In this document: piece by piece, positions 46,241-57,472 of the stretch
How positions within the stretch are numbered: the stretch's first letter is position 1
Layout: the number at the start of each line of letters is the position of its first letter
Assembly (NCBI GenBank): GCA_025558095.1
Contig: JAIVFI010000020.1
Coordinates: 124,001-188,000 of the forward strand
DNA: 64,000 nt
Origin: Hyaloraphidium curvatum SAG 235-1
Lineage: Eukaryota > Fungi > Monoblepharomycota
Direction: 5' to 3'
Translations under genes and position numbers: made by a program
Notes under the pieces: model-generated
The model's database searches: none
The model's input: only the letters and a program-made list of their open reading frames with translations
What the model was told of the DNA's origin: nothing

Positions 46241-47128
46241 CTCGGTGAGGTGCGGATCGCAAGGATTGCGCGCGGTTTGTTTGGTCCTCGGCATCGCGAC
46301 GCACGCGGCTTTGCCGTGCGTTCTGGATGTTGTGGTGGCTGACCGATGACGTGGCCGTGCCGCCTCCGGTCCCGCGTGCACGTCGGTCCGCGCATGCCCA
46401 TCTCCAAATGCCAGGTCGCGGGCCACAGACAATGCGGACAGGAGGATCGAAGGCCGAAATCCTTCCGATAGGAGCCCAGGGCAATCGAGATCGATTCCGA
46501 TGTATTCCTCCCGTCTAAGTCTGCGATCAAGACCACTGTCTGCAGATGTCCTTGTGCTCCTTCCACGCGGCCCGCTGGCAGTTAGTACCGCAGTACCGCG
46601 TGACCTTGCACCCGCCGCATCGCATGAGGCGCTCCGCCTGGGCGCCGCACCGGTCACATAGGTCACCGACTTCGCCGACGAAAAGCTCGTCGTCGTCGTC
46701 TATGGTGCGTCTTCGGGCGGCCGGGGTGCACCGGACTCAATCGCAATCTTCGAGCACCTGAGCTCAAGAGCACCGCTCTTCCTTTGTCGCCGCACGACGC
46801 AAAATGGCACACGTGCCAATGAATCTGAAGACGTCGTACAACGCCGCACCCAACCGAGCCGATCCATCCGTTGGCCGCACCTTGACCTCATCAGAAACTC
46901 CAATGAGTCAACCTTCAGTCCCGCACAGGCATTGGCATCCACCTTAGGCGCATGTTAGCCGGAAGAGCTGAATAAAGAATCAGATGCCCGCGCGGTTGGA
47001 GGCGAGGAGGAGTGTAAGTGGCAAGGGCTCACCAAGGATTTCTCCGCAGAAACGCTCGACTTCCACCGAACGTTCCAAACATCGCTCGGATCTCGCTCTC
47101 CGATTGAAAGCAACTACGTCTTGCTCCT

Positions 47129-48334
47129 ATGGCCGACATGCTGGCTCCTCCGCCCTTTGCCGCTGCGATTCTCTCCGGCGCGCACGGCCGCGTGGTCCTC
47201 GACTCCCCCGGACCCGGCCCGCTCTTCTGGCCCAGTATCCTCGGAGTCGACCGGATTCTGGTCGCCGTCTCGGGGAGCGAAGCGCGGGCAGCAATGCTCT
47301 GCGGGATGGGGCTCGGCGGCGGCATGACAGGCACAATGGCCGCGATGCAGGGCGGAGCGTCGGCGGCCGTGGGGATCGATGTTGCGCGGGTGCTGGCCGC
47401 GGCAGTCGTCGGCGATCCCGGCCGCAACCCCAAAGGTGGCCTTTTGCTTGACGCCGTGGCGCTCGAAAAGGTCGCAGTCGAGTACAAGCGCCCTGCGGCG
47501 ATCCCGGCGTGGCTGGACGTGAGAGCCTCTGCTACGAAGGCGCCCGACGGGACCGTTTCGTGCCGGTCGGCGCTCTGGGACCCCAAAAGGGAAAAGGAAC
47601 TCGTCGTCGTTACCACCGGCTGGATTTCTCGTGAGGCCAGCGCCGGGGACAGCCCGGTCGCCGCTGAGGTCGCCAATGGAGCCGAAAAGGAGCTACCGGC
47701 CGCCCTGCAAGCCCTAGTCGATGCCCACGGCGACGCCGGGAACATTGCAATCACCGATCGTGCCTTTTTGGAATTCTTTGAGGCTGGGCGCCCGGTCGTG
47801 ATTTCGCATCTCGGGCCTCCCGACGACCCGCGGACGCACGCCTTGCCCCCCAGCTTCAGCCGCTCCCAGTTCATCTGGGTCTCACGCAAAGAAGGGAGGC
47901 TGTATAGCCTGTGCTTCTCCGTCTCCTGGCCCAAGGGGCTGGAATCTTGGTACGAGGTTCCGCGGAAGGGCGAGGAGCTCCTCTCCGCCGGAGGAAGCGT
48001 GCACCCCGCGATCCCCTTCACCATTGTGGAGTGGGTGCACTAGATCGGCATATCGCAGTCGCCGCTCTGACCTTCGACGTCTCTCTGCAGCCTCGCCCTA
48101 ACCGGCCTCTCTTTTTCGTTTTCGAAGAAGGTGACTGCCACGTCGACGCTCTCGGTTTCGACCACCCCGGAAGGCCGCCGATTCTTGGGCGGATGGACCC
48201 GCACCACGGGGAAGGTCATCCATGCTACCGAAAAGAGGGTACGAATCACGGGGGAGGTCGCGGACGAGGCGGGACGCTTGCTGATGACGGCGGACGGGGA
48301 ATTCGCGGCGATCGGGCCCCTTTCCATGCTGTGA
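47129..48334 (+). CDS. Tandem hotdog-fold (PaaI-like thioesterase) protein
   Basis: AMQGGASAAVGID..VEYKRP; second domain GSVHPA..TGKVIHATEKRVRITGEVADEAGRLLMTADGEF; intron near 48030-48090. Confidence 0.6.
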
Positions 48335-48691
48335 TCTCAATCCGAACCGCTGCCGCCCGCACGGGCTACCTAGAACGTGCTTCAGGTTCCTGGTGAACTG
48401 CTGCTAGGAGAGAACGTGTCGGGCTTATTTTGGCGGCGAACCCCGAGGCGTCGGCAGAAGTTGACCGCTTGCGCGCCCAGGCTTAGTGTTCTATGCCAAG
48501 TCGTGGAATGCTACAACAGTTAAGGCCTTATATCGAGCTGGATTCGAGACATGGCCATCGGATCGACTGCTCCAGGGTGACGTGTTTGCATGTTTACGGT
48601 CCTCCGTGCGCGTCACTCATAGTTGCGCGCCTTTGCTGCCCCAACGACCTTGACACGGGCATCGCCCTAGCTTTTCGCGACCGTAACGGCG

Positions 48692-49999
48692 ATGGCGCAC
48701 TCGTGCGGCGGCTCGTGCGGCCACGCCCACGGCCCGCCGGCGCGCAACCCGGGCCTCGCGCCCATCGCCCTGTCCACGCCGGCGGGCTCGCCGTGGGCGG
48801 GCTTCGACGCCGCGGCCTTCGCGGACCACGTGTGCGCGCTGCTGGACGGCACCGCGGCCCTGCGCGAGGCGTACTTCGTGCCCGGCTGCCCGGCCGACGC
48901 GGCGGAGCTGTACGCGGTTGCGGCGCGGTATCGCCGCTCGTTGGACCTGTCCAGGTACCTCGTCGTATTCCTCTCGCCGATGGCCATGGTCGAGAAGTAC
49001 AGGAGCGATTGGAAGGGCAGGAGCCCGGAGGAGTACGAGGCCGCGCGGCGGACCCTGGCCGGCTTCCTCCCGGACGGGCGCGCGGCGCCGGAGGAGGCGC
49101 TGCCCGAGGCCACGTTCCACGAGCTGGCGCTGGCGCTCCACCGCAGGACGTACCACCACATCAGGCTGGCACTCATGGAGTGGGCGGACCAGGAGCGTCG
49201 CAAGGCGTGGGGCCTCGAGGAGCTCGACATGGAGGGCGCGCCCGCCTGGGACGCCCTCGCGTGGGACCGGTACGAGCGGTGGAAGGGCGCATACTGGCCC
49301 CTCTTCTACGCTGCCGCCCAAATACTGAACATGCTGACCACGGCCGCGCCCGTGCGCCGCCGGGTGGCTCAAGACATCGAGCTGCTCGACAGGATCGCCG
49401 TCGGCATGCTTCTCATGCCCGAATTCTACCTTTTCGCGCGGTTCCCCCGAGGACCCCCACCCGCCTTCTTCCCGCCCCGCTCCCGCGCCGACCTCGCCAG
49501 CCGGGGCTTGTGGGAGTTTGTCAACTTTCTCCCGCTCCTGCCCAACATCTTCGTTGTCCATCCCGGCCCGTGGCGCCGGCACACCCGCGCGCTCCTCCGC
49601 GCCGGCCGCTTCGCCCCCGGCGCTTTCCTGTGCGACGCCATCGGATCGTTCCTCCGCGCCCCGGAGCTCGATGCCTTGCCCGAGCTGCACGACGAGGTGC
49701 ACCAGATGAACCACACGCTTGCCATGATGAGGGACGGGCTGCGTATCGGGAGGAGGGAAGAGATGACGGACTACGAGCGGGACTGGAAGGACGCGGCGCG
49801 CGGGCTGGGCGCCATCTCGGACACGTGCGACAAGTGCGGCAGGGTCCCCGAAGAGGGACAGAAGTTCAAGAAGTGCGCGAGGTGCAAGGCGGCCTGGTAC
49901 TGCGGGCCCGAGTGCCAGCGCGAGGCGTGGAAGGCGTGGCACAAGGAGGTCTGCGTCGAGGTCGCGGACGGCGCCGGGGAGGGGGCGTCGGCGGCATGA
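48692..49999 (+). CDS. MYND zinc-finger protein
   Basis: C-terminal CDKC..KKCARCKAAWYCGPECQREAWKAWHKEVC; His/Cys-rich N-terminus. Confidence 0.85.
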   Translation: MAHSCGGSCGHAHGPPARNPGLAPIALSTPAGSPWAGFDAAAFADHVCALLDGTAALREAYFVPGCPADAAELYAVAARYRRSLDLSRYLVVFLSPMAMVEKYRSDWKGRSPEEYEAARRTLAGFLPDGRAAPEEALPEATFHELALALHRRTYHHIRLALMEWADQERRKAWGLEELDMEGAPAWDALAWDRYERWKGAYWPLFYAAAQILNMLTTAAPVRRRVAQDIELLDRIAVGMLLMPEFYLFARFPRGPPPAFFPPRSRADLASRGLWEFVNFLPLLPNIFVVHPGPWRRHTRALLRAGRFAPGAFLCDAIGSFLRAPELDALPELHDEVHQMNHTLAMMRDGLRIGRREEMTDYERDWKDAARGLGAISDTCDKCGRVPEEGQKFKKCARCKAAWYCGPECQREAWKAWHKEVCVEVADGAGEGASAA

Positions 50000-50083
50000 C
50001 CGGAATCGTTGTGATTGTTTCGTAGAGTGTCGGTTGTTCTGAATCCTCTTGATTTATATCTCATCGTGCTTTAGTCAATTGCG

Positions 50084-51451
50084 CTACGCCCCGGCTTGCT
50101 GCGCAACCAGCCCCGTCCGCTCGCAGATCGCCCTCTGCACCTCGGCCGCCCTCCTCACCACCTCGCCCGGATTCAAATTCACCATCCTCCCCGCCATCTT
50201 GAGCACTCTCCCGTCAACCACCACCGTGTCCACGTTCGCCGGCGCCGCGTGCTGCACGAGCTGGAACGCCGGGTCCGCGCCGGGCGCCGGGATCATGTTG
50301 GGGTCGCCGGTGCGCACGAGGATCAGGTCGGCGCGCTTGCCCGGCGTGAGGGAGCCGGTGATCGCGCCGAGGCCGAGCACTTTGGCGCCGTTGAGCGTGC
50401 CCAGCTCGAGGATCTTGCGGGGCGGGAACAGCGGCACCGGCGGGCCGGCGCCGAAGAGGTCCTCCGCGACCACGCGGTCGAACGACGCACCCGGGCCGCG
50501 CTGCGCGACGCGGGCGGCGTTGCAGAGGATGCGTACCGAGGCGAAAGGGTCGGCGGGGGTCTGCGCGGTCACGTCGACCGAGAAGGAGATGTCCTCGAAG
50601 GGCACTCCGGCCTCGAGAAGCTGCTGCAGCGGGGGGTAGCCGGCGCCGATGAGCGGGTCCGTGGCGGGGCAGAGGGAGACCTTCATCCCCGATTGGGCGA
50701 CGTGCCGAAGCTGCTCGGGCGGAGCGCCGGCGCCGTGCGTGAAGAGGCAGTCGGGGCCCACGAGCTCGGGGTGCTTGGAGTAGTCCGCGTGCAGGCCGAT
50801 CGTGGGCAGGCCGAGCTCGCGGGAGGCTTTGATTTCGTCGGCCAGGGCGGCGCCGTTGTGGATCGCAAGGCCCAAGGTGAGCCTGCCGTCCCCGTGCTCG
50901 GCCTCCCATTCTTTCGCGCGCCTCAGGTCGTCAACCGTCAGCGGCTTCTGCACCAGCGGGAACGAATCGCAGTAGCCGAAGCGCGCCCGCAGGCCCGAAT
51001 CCACCAGGGCGCGCATCTCGGCCTCGGCGTCGGCAAAGTCCTTGAGCGAACTCGTCCAATTATGCACCGTCGTTATCCCGGCACTGACCGCCTCGAGCGC
51101 GGCGTAGCGCACGGCGTCGTAGTGGTCCTGGGCCGTGAACGCGCCCGCCGTGCGGCCCGTCATGGCGAAGTAGCCTTTCGCGTCATGCGTCAGGCCGCGG
51201 AGGACGCCGTTCCACATGTGCCAATGGGTTTCGACGAAGCCCGGCATCGCGATCATGTCGGTGCCGTCGATCACCTCGGCTCCCGCGGCGTCCAGCATGC
51301 CCGTGGGGCCGACGGCCGCGATGCGCCCGTCACGGATCAGCACGTCGCCGGCGGGGAAACCGCCAAGCGACGCGTCCATCGTGAGAGTGTGAGCGCCCTT
51401 GATCAGGAGGTCCTGCCGTGGCATGGCTCCGGGGGTGCGAGCGGCCGCCAT
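50084..51451 (-). CDS. Metal-dependent amidohydrolase (SsnA/MTA-SAH deaminase-like), intronless
   Basis: GDVLIRDGRIAAVG, MPGFVETHWH, SAGITTV, FSVD, TLNGAKVLG..GSLTPGKRADLIL, NVDTVVVDGR. Confidence 0.9.
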   Translation of the reverse strand: MAAARTPGAMPRQDLLIKGAHTLTMDASLGGFPAGDVLIRDGRIAAVGPTGMLDAAGAEVIDGTDMIAMPGFVETHWHMWNGVLRGLTHDAKGYFAMTGRTAGAFTAQDHYDAVRYAALEAVSAGITTVHNWTSSLKDFADAEAEMRALVDSGLRARFGYCDSFPLVQKPLTVDDLRRAKEWEAEHGDGRLTLGLAIHNGAALADEIKASRELGLPTIGLHADYSKHPELVGPDCLFTHGAGAPPEQLRHVAQSGMKVSLCPATDPLIGAGYPPLQQLLEAGVPFEDISFSVDVTAQTPADPFASVRILCNAARVAQRGPGASFDRVVAEDLFGAGPPVPLFPPRKILELGTLNGAKVLGLGAITGSLTPGKRADLILVRTGDPNMIPAPGADPAFQLVQHAAPANVDTVVVDGRVLKMAGRMVNLNPGEVVRRAAEVQRAICERTGLVAQQAGA

Positions 51452-51919
51452 CGCGGAGAATGTGAAGTGGAAGACACCGTGAGCGGGAGGCAAGGTTGGG
51501 GCGAGGCGGGTGAGGAACCGGTCCGTGCGCATTCCCCCTCGCCTACTGCTCCCCTGGGCACTAGCCAGTTGAATGCATGGGCAAGAAGATGCTGGGACGC
51601 CGATGAATGGAGCTTGGCCCCACGCGTCACCGGCGGATGTGTCTCAAGCTCATGTCTTGTTTCGGCGGCCCTCTGGCGCGGTAATGAAGCCTACGCGGCG
51701 CGTAGCCCGGTCGATGATTTCAGTTTCGCACCACGACGAGCAGAGAAGGCAGGCTGCTTCCGATTTCCGAACATTCTTGGGGATTGTGCGCGGGTGAATG
51801 GTGTGAAGCCTTGCAAGCCGACCGATGACTTTCACCTGCCGCACCGGACACGCGTCGCACGGCACTCCGCGTCCACCGCGTCTTCCGGCCACTTCCGCGC
51901 CACGACAGCTGCCAAGGTG

Positions 51920-53510
51920 ATGCGCTCCGACGGTGCCGACGCGTGGCGCTCCGGGGCCGCGGCCGGCGACCTCTTCGCGTGCGAAGCCGCGTGGCTCGCG
52001 TCGGCGTCTCCCCGCCGCGACAGCTCCCGCTCCGGCCGCCGGCGCGTCGCTCTCGGCGCGGTCTCAGGAAGGAGCCTGCCGCCCGCGTGTGACGGCCCGC
52101 GCCCGACCGCCTGCGCCTTCGCCTTCCGCGCTGCCGTCCCGCCGCCGAACCCCGTCCGCGAACCGCGCCCCGCGTCGCCGACCGCCCGCCGCATCCTCGC
52201 GCGCTACGCTCTTGGAAGCGATCTCGGCTCCGACGAAGACGGCCGTGCACGTCTTGCCGCCCTCGCGCTGCTGCACGACCAGCCTGTCGCTCTGCTCTCC
52301 GCCCTTCGCACGCTCGACGGGAACTTCCTCTGCCCGGACCCCGACAAACCACGCAGGGTGGACTGGCACCCCGGCCTGGACCCCGGCAGCTACCCCTCGA
52401 CGCTTTCGGTCGCGCTCGTCGCCGCCGCCGTCGACGCGCCCGCGTGCTTCATCGCGCTCCCCGGCTCGGCGGCGGCAGACGTGCCGATCGGCGACGTTCT
52501 GCGCACTGCGGTCGAGAACTTTTCCGTCGGCGTCGTCGGGGTGCTCGTCTCGCTCGCGGGGAGGCCGGGCTGCATGGCCGCGGAGGAGCTTGCTGGGCCC
52601 TGGAGGGACTCGGTGGCGGGGGTGCTGGACAAGGCTGAGGACAGGCGAAAGCTGGTCGACAGGGCGTGGAAAGGGGAGCTGGAGCTCAGGAAGCTGCACG
52701 GGAAGGAGGGAGAGCTGCCGGCCGAGTGGGAGGCGAGGATCGCCGAGACGATGGGGCTTCTCAAGGTGACGTGCGCTGACGTGCGCCTTCCGCTCGACGA
52801 CTTACCATCCCCCCACCGCACAGGCCGCCTTCCTCCGCATCGAATCCGCTTACCCCACCCTCGCGGACCTGTACACGCTCGACGGCCCGCACTCTCACCC
52901 TGTCCTGTACCCGCCGCGCCTCCCCAACGCCCCGGTCGTCTCGTCGCTCCTCTCCTCCGAGCTGTCGCACGCCGTGCTGCCCTGCCACGCGGAGCACGCG
53001 TTCCCGGGACTGCTCATTGCCCCGGCGATGCCCTCGACCGCGTGCGCCGCGCTCGTCCGCATGCTCTCTTCGTTGCCGCGCGCATCCGCCGCCGAAATGC
53101 TGCCGCCCTACCTCCCGCAGCTCCTCTCGCGTTGCCGCTCCCCCAAGGTGATGCGTTTCCTGGTCAAAGAAGGCATGCTCCCCCCCTCGGGCTGCGTTGC
53201 GATGTTCCTCGCGGGGGAACCGCCCGATGGGAGCGGACTGCGCGCGCTCAAGGTGCTCCTGGACCACGCCGCGCGCCGCTCCCCTCTTTCGCTCGTCGGG
53301 CTGCACGGACGCTACGTTGCCCGCCTCTCCCGGCGCGGCGATCGGGGAGCAGGAGGGGCGGGGAAGCTGCTCGCGGTGTACGACCCCGTCGCGCAGGGCG
53401 AGGACGGCGAGGCGGGGAGGGCGTGGAGGGGGTGGTTGCGCACGGGAGGATTGGGCGGGCTGCCGGAGGAGGTGGGGTGGGAGGTGGCGCTGCTGAGCTG
53501 GGGGGCGTGA
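51920..53510 (+). CDS. Hypothetical protein, possibly divergent ankyrin-like, one intron
   Basis: Long ORF with coding-like codon usage; intron near 52766-52823; ends GGLPEEVGWEVALLSWGA. Confidence 0.5.
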
Positions 53511-53720
53511 TCGGGCGGCGGAGGCGGGACGGGTCGGTGATCGGAGGCAGGAACGGGCAGGGGACGGTTGTGCGATACCCGGATACAACGAAGTGCTTGT
53601 CGCGTTGGTGGAAGGGGGTGACGTCCTGCGTGCCGGCTCAGAGGCGGGCCCTCCGCGGCCAGTGAGGGGCGTGCGAATCCAACTCGAACACAACGGCTTC
53701 TCCGTGACTCCACCGCCAAA

Positions 53721-54681
53721 ATGGCCCACCACGCCGCCGAACAGGGCACTCCCGCCACCGAAGCGCAGCCGGAGCCCGGCGTTGCGTCGTCGCCGGGCGC
53801 GGCCGCCTCAAACGCGCAAACCGGGCAGAGCCCCCTTTTCCTCCCGGAGCTGCTCCTCCACGTCGCCTCGGTCCTCCCCGCCGGTTCGCGCAGCCTCCTC
53901 GAGCTGATGCTCGCGTGCCGCGAGTTCCACCGCGCGCTGCTTCCGCACCTCATGTCCCGGTTCTCGGGGAAGTGGCTGCCGCATCGAGGAGTTCGTGGGG
54001 GCGCTGGAGCGGAGCGACAGCCTGCGGTTCGTGAAAGACCTGGACCTGAGAGGTTCCTGCACGAATGGGGAGCGCATGCCAGACGGTTTCAATGGCCGGG
54101 TCCTTCTGCCGTGCAGCGGACCGGAGGCTGCGCTCGTGAGGCTGTCCCTGATCCTGGACAACGAAACGGACGCGCAGATCTTTCTGGACGCAGCTTTCCC
54201 GCACCTGGAATATCTGGATCTCAAACTCGCTGTGATGCCGCCGGAGCCGCCCGCCTTTCGCTTCCCGCCTTGCCCGAAGCTGCGCCGGCTCGTGATACAG
54301 ACGGCCTACGATGATCAGTTCTTCGCTTCCATAGAAGCTGCCTACCCTGCTCTCGTGGAAGCGCATTTGGACGTGGCTTTTCGTTTGGGCAGCCACAACG
54401 CGTGGTTTTCCATGTGGTTGCTGGCCAGAACCTCGACATTTACGAGCTACCACCCGTTCAAGCTCGCCCATCTCGCAAACGTCCCGCAATTCGCGCCCAA
54501 AACTCTCAAACTCAGGATGCCCAAACTCACGGTGGCTGCACCTGCCGTCTCGCGGTGCAGCAGCGTGGATCCGACGATTCGGACGGTGGCAGCGAAGCAT
54601 CCGATCTCGAAAGCGAAGGAGCACACTCCGGCAGCGAAGCTGGGCCTGGAGAAGATGAATAGGAGAAGACCGGGCGAATAG
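53721..54681 (+). pseudogene. F-box-like/LRR gene broken by a frameshift near 53970-53995
   Basis: LPELLLHVASVL..SLLELMLACREFH in one frame; LRFVKDLDL..LEYLDL..LRRLVI in another; no clear intron joins them. Confidence 0.55.
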
Positions 54682-54697
54682 ACCTCGATCCGCCACC

Positions 54698-55408
54698 TTA
54701 GTTCACATCTGAGGTCTGCACCCTGCGCATCTCCTTCGTCGCATCGTAGCCCTTGCTCTTCAATGTTTCCGTCACCCATGCCCGATCCCACGTTCCCTCA
54801 TCAATCGCCGTCTGCGTCATTCCCTCCTTCTCGTGGAGCCTCTCTGCGGCTTCCACAACCGCCTCGGCCTCCTCGCGCGGCACAACCACCAAGCCGTCCA
54901 AATCCGCGACGAGGAGATCCCCCGGCATCACCACCAAACCCCCGCAGCACACCGGCACCCCGATCTCCCCCGGCCCGTCCTTGAACGGCCCCGCCGGGGT
55001 CGCCGCGCGCGCCCAAACACCAATGTCCAGCGTCCGCAGCGTGTCGACGTCGCGCACCGCCCCGTCGATCACGAAACCCGCGATCCCTCTCGACGCGGCG
55101 TACGACGCCATGAGCTCCCCGATCAGCGCTACCGTCACGTCCCCCGCGCCGTCGACCACCAGAATGTCCCCCGGCTCCGCGAGGTCCAGCGCGCGATGGA
55201 GGAGCAAATTGTCCCCCGCGCGCACCCGAACCGTCAGCGCGGGCCCCGAGATGGACGCGCGGCCGCCATAGCGATGGAATGGCACGCGGGCGGATTGCAT
55301 GCGCGACATGGCGTCCCCCAGGTTTGCCGCGGGGAGGCGCGACGCGCGGGCAGCGATCTCCGCGGGGGCGCGTGGGAAGTGCGCGACGATGCGGGTGCCG
55401 ACGACCAT
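54698..55408 (-). CDS. RraA-family/HMG aldolase-like protein, intronless, bacterial type
   Basis: LPAANLGDAMSR, GPALTVRVRAGDNLLLHRALDLAEPGDILVVDG, ALIGELM, IDGAVRD, KDGPGEIG, PGDLLVADLDG. Confidence 0.93.
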   Translation of the reverse strand: MVVGTRIVAHFPRAPAEIAARASRLPAANLGDAMSRMQSARVPFHRYGGRASISGPALTVRVRAGDNLLLHRALDLAEPGDILVVDGAGDVTVALIGELMASYAASRGIAGFVIDGAVRDVDTLRTLDIGVWARAATPAGPFKDGPGEIGVPVCCGGLVVMPGDLLVADLDGLVVVPREEAEAVVEAAERLHEKEGMTQTAIDEGTWDRAWVTETLKSKGYDATKEMRRVQTSDVN

Positions 55409-55665
55409 CGCTCGCTCCGGCCAGCGAAGCTGATCTCGGAGCCGATGAATAGGAAAAGGACAGCGCGAGTCGACCTGCCCGGGAGACGTCCAGGATGTGC
55501 TTTGGCCGCGTCGATCACTCGGCTGGCTGGAGCCGGAGGCAGCAAGAGTTGGCACGCGCTCCGTGAGGTCCGTCAGGTCCGTGAGGCCTCGGGATACGCC
55601 ACGTCGCGTCCCGTCGTTGCTACGGAAGCCATCTTTCGGCAGTCCACGCCGGAGCGGGCGAGAAT

Positions 55666-57132
55666 ATGCCTCCCCCGGAGGCCACCGCGCTGTCGGCCGC
55701 GGAATGGCTCGTGCTCTTCCCCGGCGGCAGGACAAAGGCGCCCTCCCGCCCGCTCGCCGACCTTCCCCAGGCTGCGCGACGAGGATCCGCTGACGGCGAA
55801 GCTCGTCGCCGAAACCTTTGCTTCCGCCGGCCTGCGCTCCATGGCCCGCCTGGTGCGCTTCCATGAGCTGGTGCCTTTCGTCCGGATGTAGTTTCGGCTG
55901 CTGCACCTCGTGCTGTGGGGTGTCGTGCCGGCTCTGGTCTGGACGGGTCTTTACGCAACGGAGAACCCATATAGCCAGCGGGCCACCGCGGCCGGTCTTG
56001 TCGTCGCCCTGCTGGTAACATGTGAGCCGTCGATCTACGCCCTCTGGGATTATCTGGCGAAGTTTGGACTCCAAAAGCCAGCTTCTGCCATCCCTTACGA
56101 CACATTGGCTCCCGGAGCCATGGTCAGGTGGCTGCAGCTCTGCAATCGTTGCGGCAGTTCGGCACAGAAGAGCGAGACCTCGGTGCTACTTCTGCACGAC
56201 GAGGACGATGCCATGTGCTCGTGCCCGCGCGAGGATTGCGCCGGCGGACAGCTGACGCGGGACTCGTTTCTTCGTTTCATTGACTTTGTCAGCGACATGC
56301 TCCGTACGTCAATCGTGCTTCCGCTATTGCTGTGGACTCCGATGGTCTCCCTCGCAAACGAGGGTTTCTGGACCTCGTGGTGCGTGACTGGGTTCGTCGC
56401 TGCCCTCATTTGGCTCGTCGTGGTTTGCCCTTTCGCCCTTCATCGCGAGAGATTGCCGTTCACACTGGGGCCAGCGCGAACTTCTTGCGGCGGAACCTTC
56501 ACCGGGCGCTCTCTTCGTCTCTGCGCTCCTTCCTACGGCGCTACCGGGATTTTCTCTCTCAAGGCACCGGCACGAATCCTGCAGCGGTTTCCTCGGTCGA
56601 GCTGCACCCGCGCATTCTTGCCTTGCTGGCGCAAGCTTGGGCCGCCCCGCTTGCCTACTTGGACATCATCCGCCGGCACATTGTCACGACCATAGCCGCC
56701 AACCTCATTGCCTTCGTCGTGAACCTCGCAGTCGGACCCTGCATTGCGGCCTACCAGATCGCCGACGTCGCCGGCCTCATTCTCCTCGTTGCGCGGGATC
56801 TCCTGACCCTCGCGGCGTACAACGCCCAGGTGGAGGACGTGGCCAATCTCTGCACCGCCGCCGCCACCGCTTCCCGCAACCTACTGGCGGAATCTGCGGG
56901 CAACTCGCCCGATCCGGCGGCCTTTGCCGCCCTCCGTGCGCATGCGGACCTGCTCTCGGATGCCGCGGCGTCGGCGCTGGGGCAGCGGGTCAAGTTCCTG
57001 GGGCAGCCGATCGGGTTCGGGACCGCGAGGGGGCTGGCCATCACGGGGATCACGGTCATGTTCGCAGCGGTGGGGGCGATGAGGGGATTCGGGGTGCGCA
57101 TCGTGCTCGAGACGGTCTGCGTCCCCGGGTGA
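55666..57132 (+). pseudogene. Disrupted paralogue of the 36295-37990 multi-TM protein
   Basis: Shares CSC..C.GG and the C-terminus KFLGQPIGFGTARGL..MRGFGVRIVLETVCVPG; in-frame TAG at 55889-55891 plus frame breaks. Confidence 0.65.
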
Positions 57133-57472
57133 AGGTGATTGGCGGGCTTGGTCAAGGAGGGCTGCATGTCAGCATCCTTTCAAGGCAAATCACAATTCAA
57201 GCAGGATCGGACCGTTTTTCCGGTCCGTAGCGCGATGTTAGCACCGCCACCTGCGAATATGCGAGTGATGTGGCGCCGGCTCATTCCGGCTCATTACGGT
57301 TGTTCCTAGAGGACCCCGCCCGCCCGACGACTCCGCCTCACGAATCCCAAGCCCCGACGGTATCCCACGGGCGACACATTCGACGCTGGGAATCCCGTCC
57401 TTGCTCCAGCGATTCTACTTTGTCGCCGACTCCGCCGCTCCTCTTTTGCCCCTCGCGACCGGAGCCGCCAGA

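Noticed and set aside
50096-53665. 1189-aa plus-strand ORF
   Set aside because: It is the antisense shadow of the amidohydrolase running into the first exon of the 51920 gene; high GC suppresses stop codons.
55559-55586. 9-bp unit repeated three times (tccgtgagg/tccgtcagg)
   Set aside because: Too short to assign any function.
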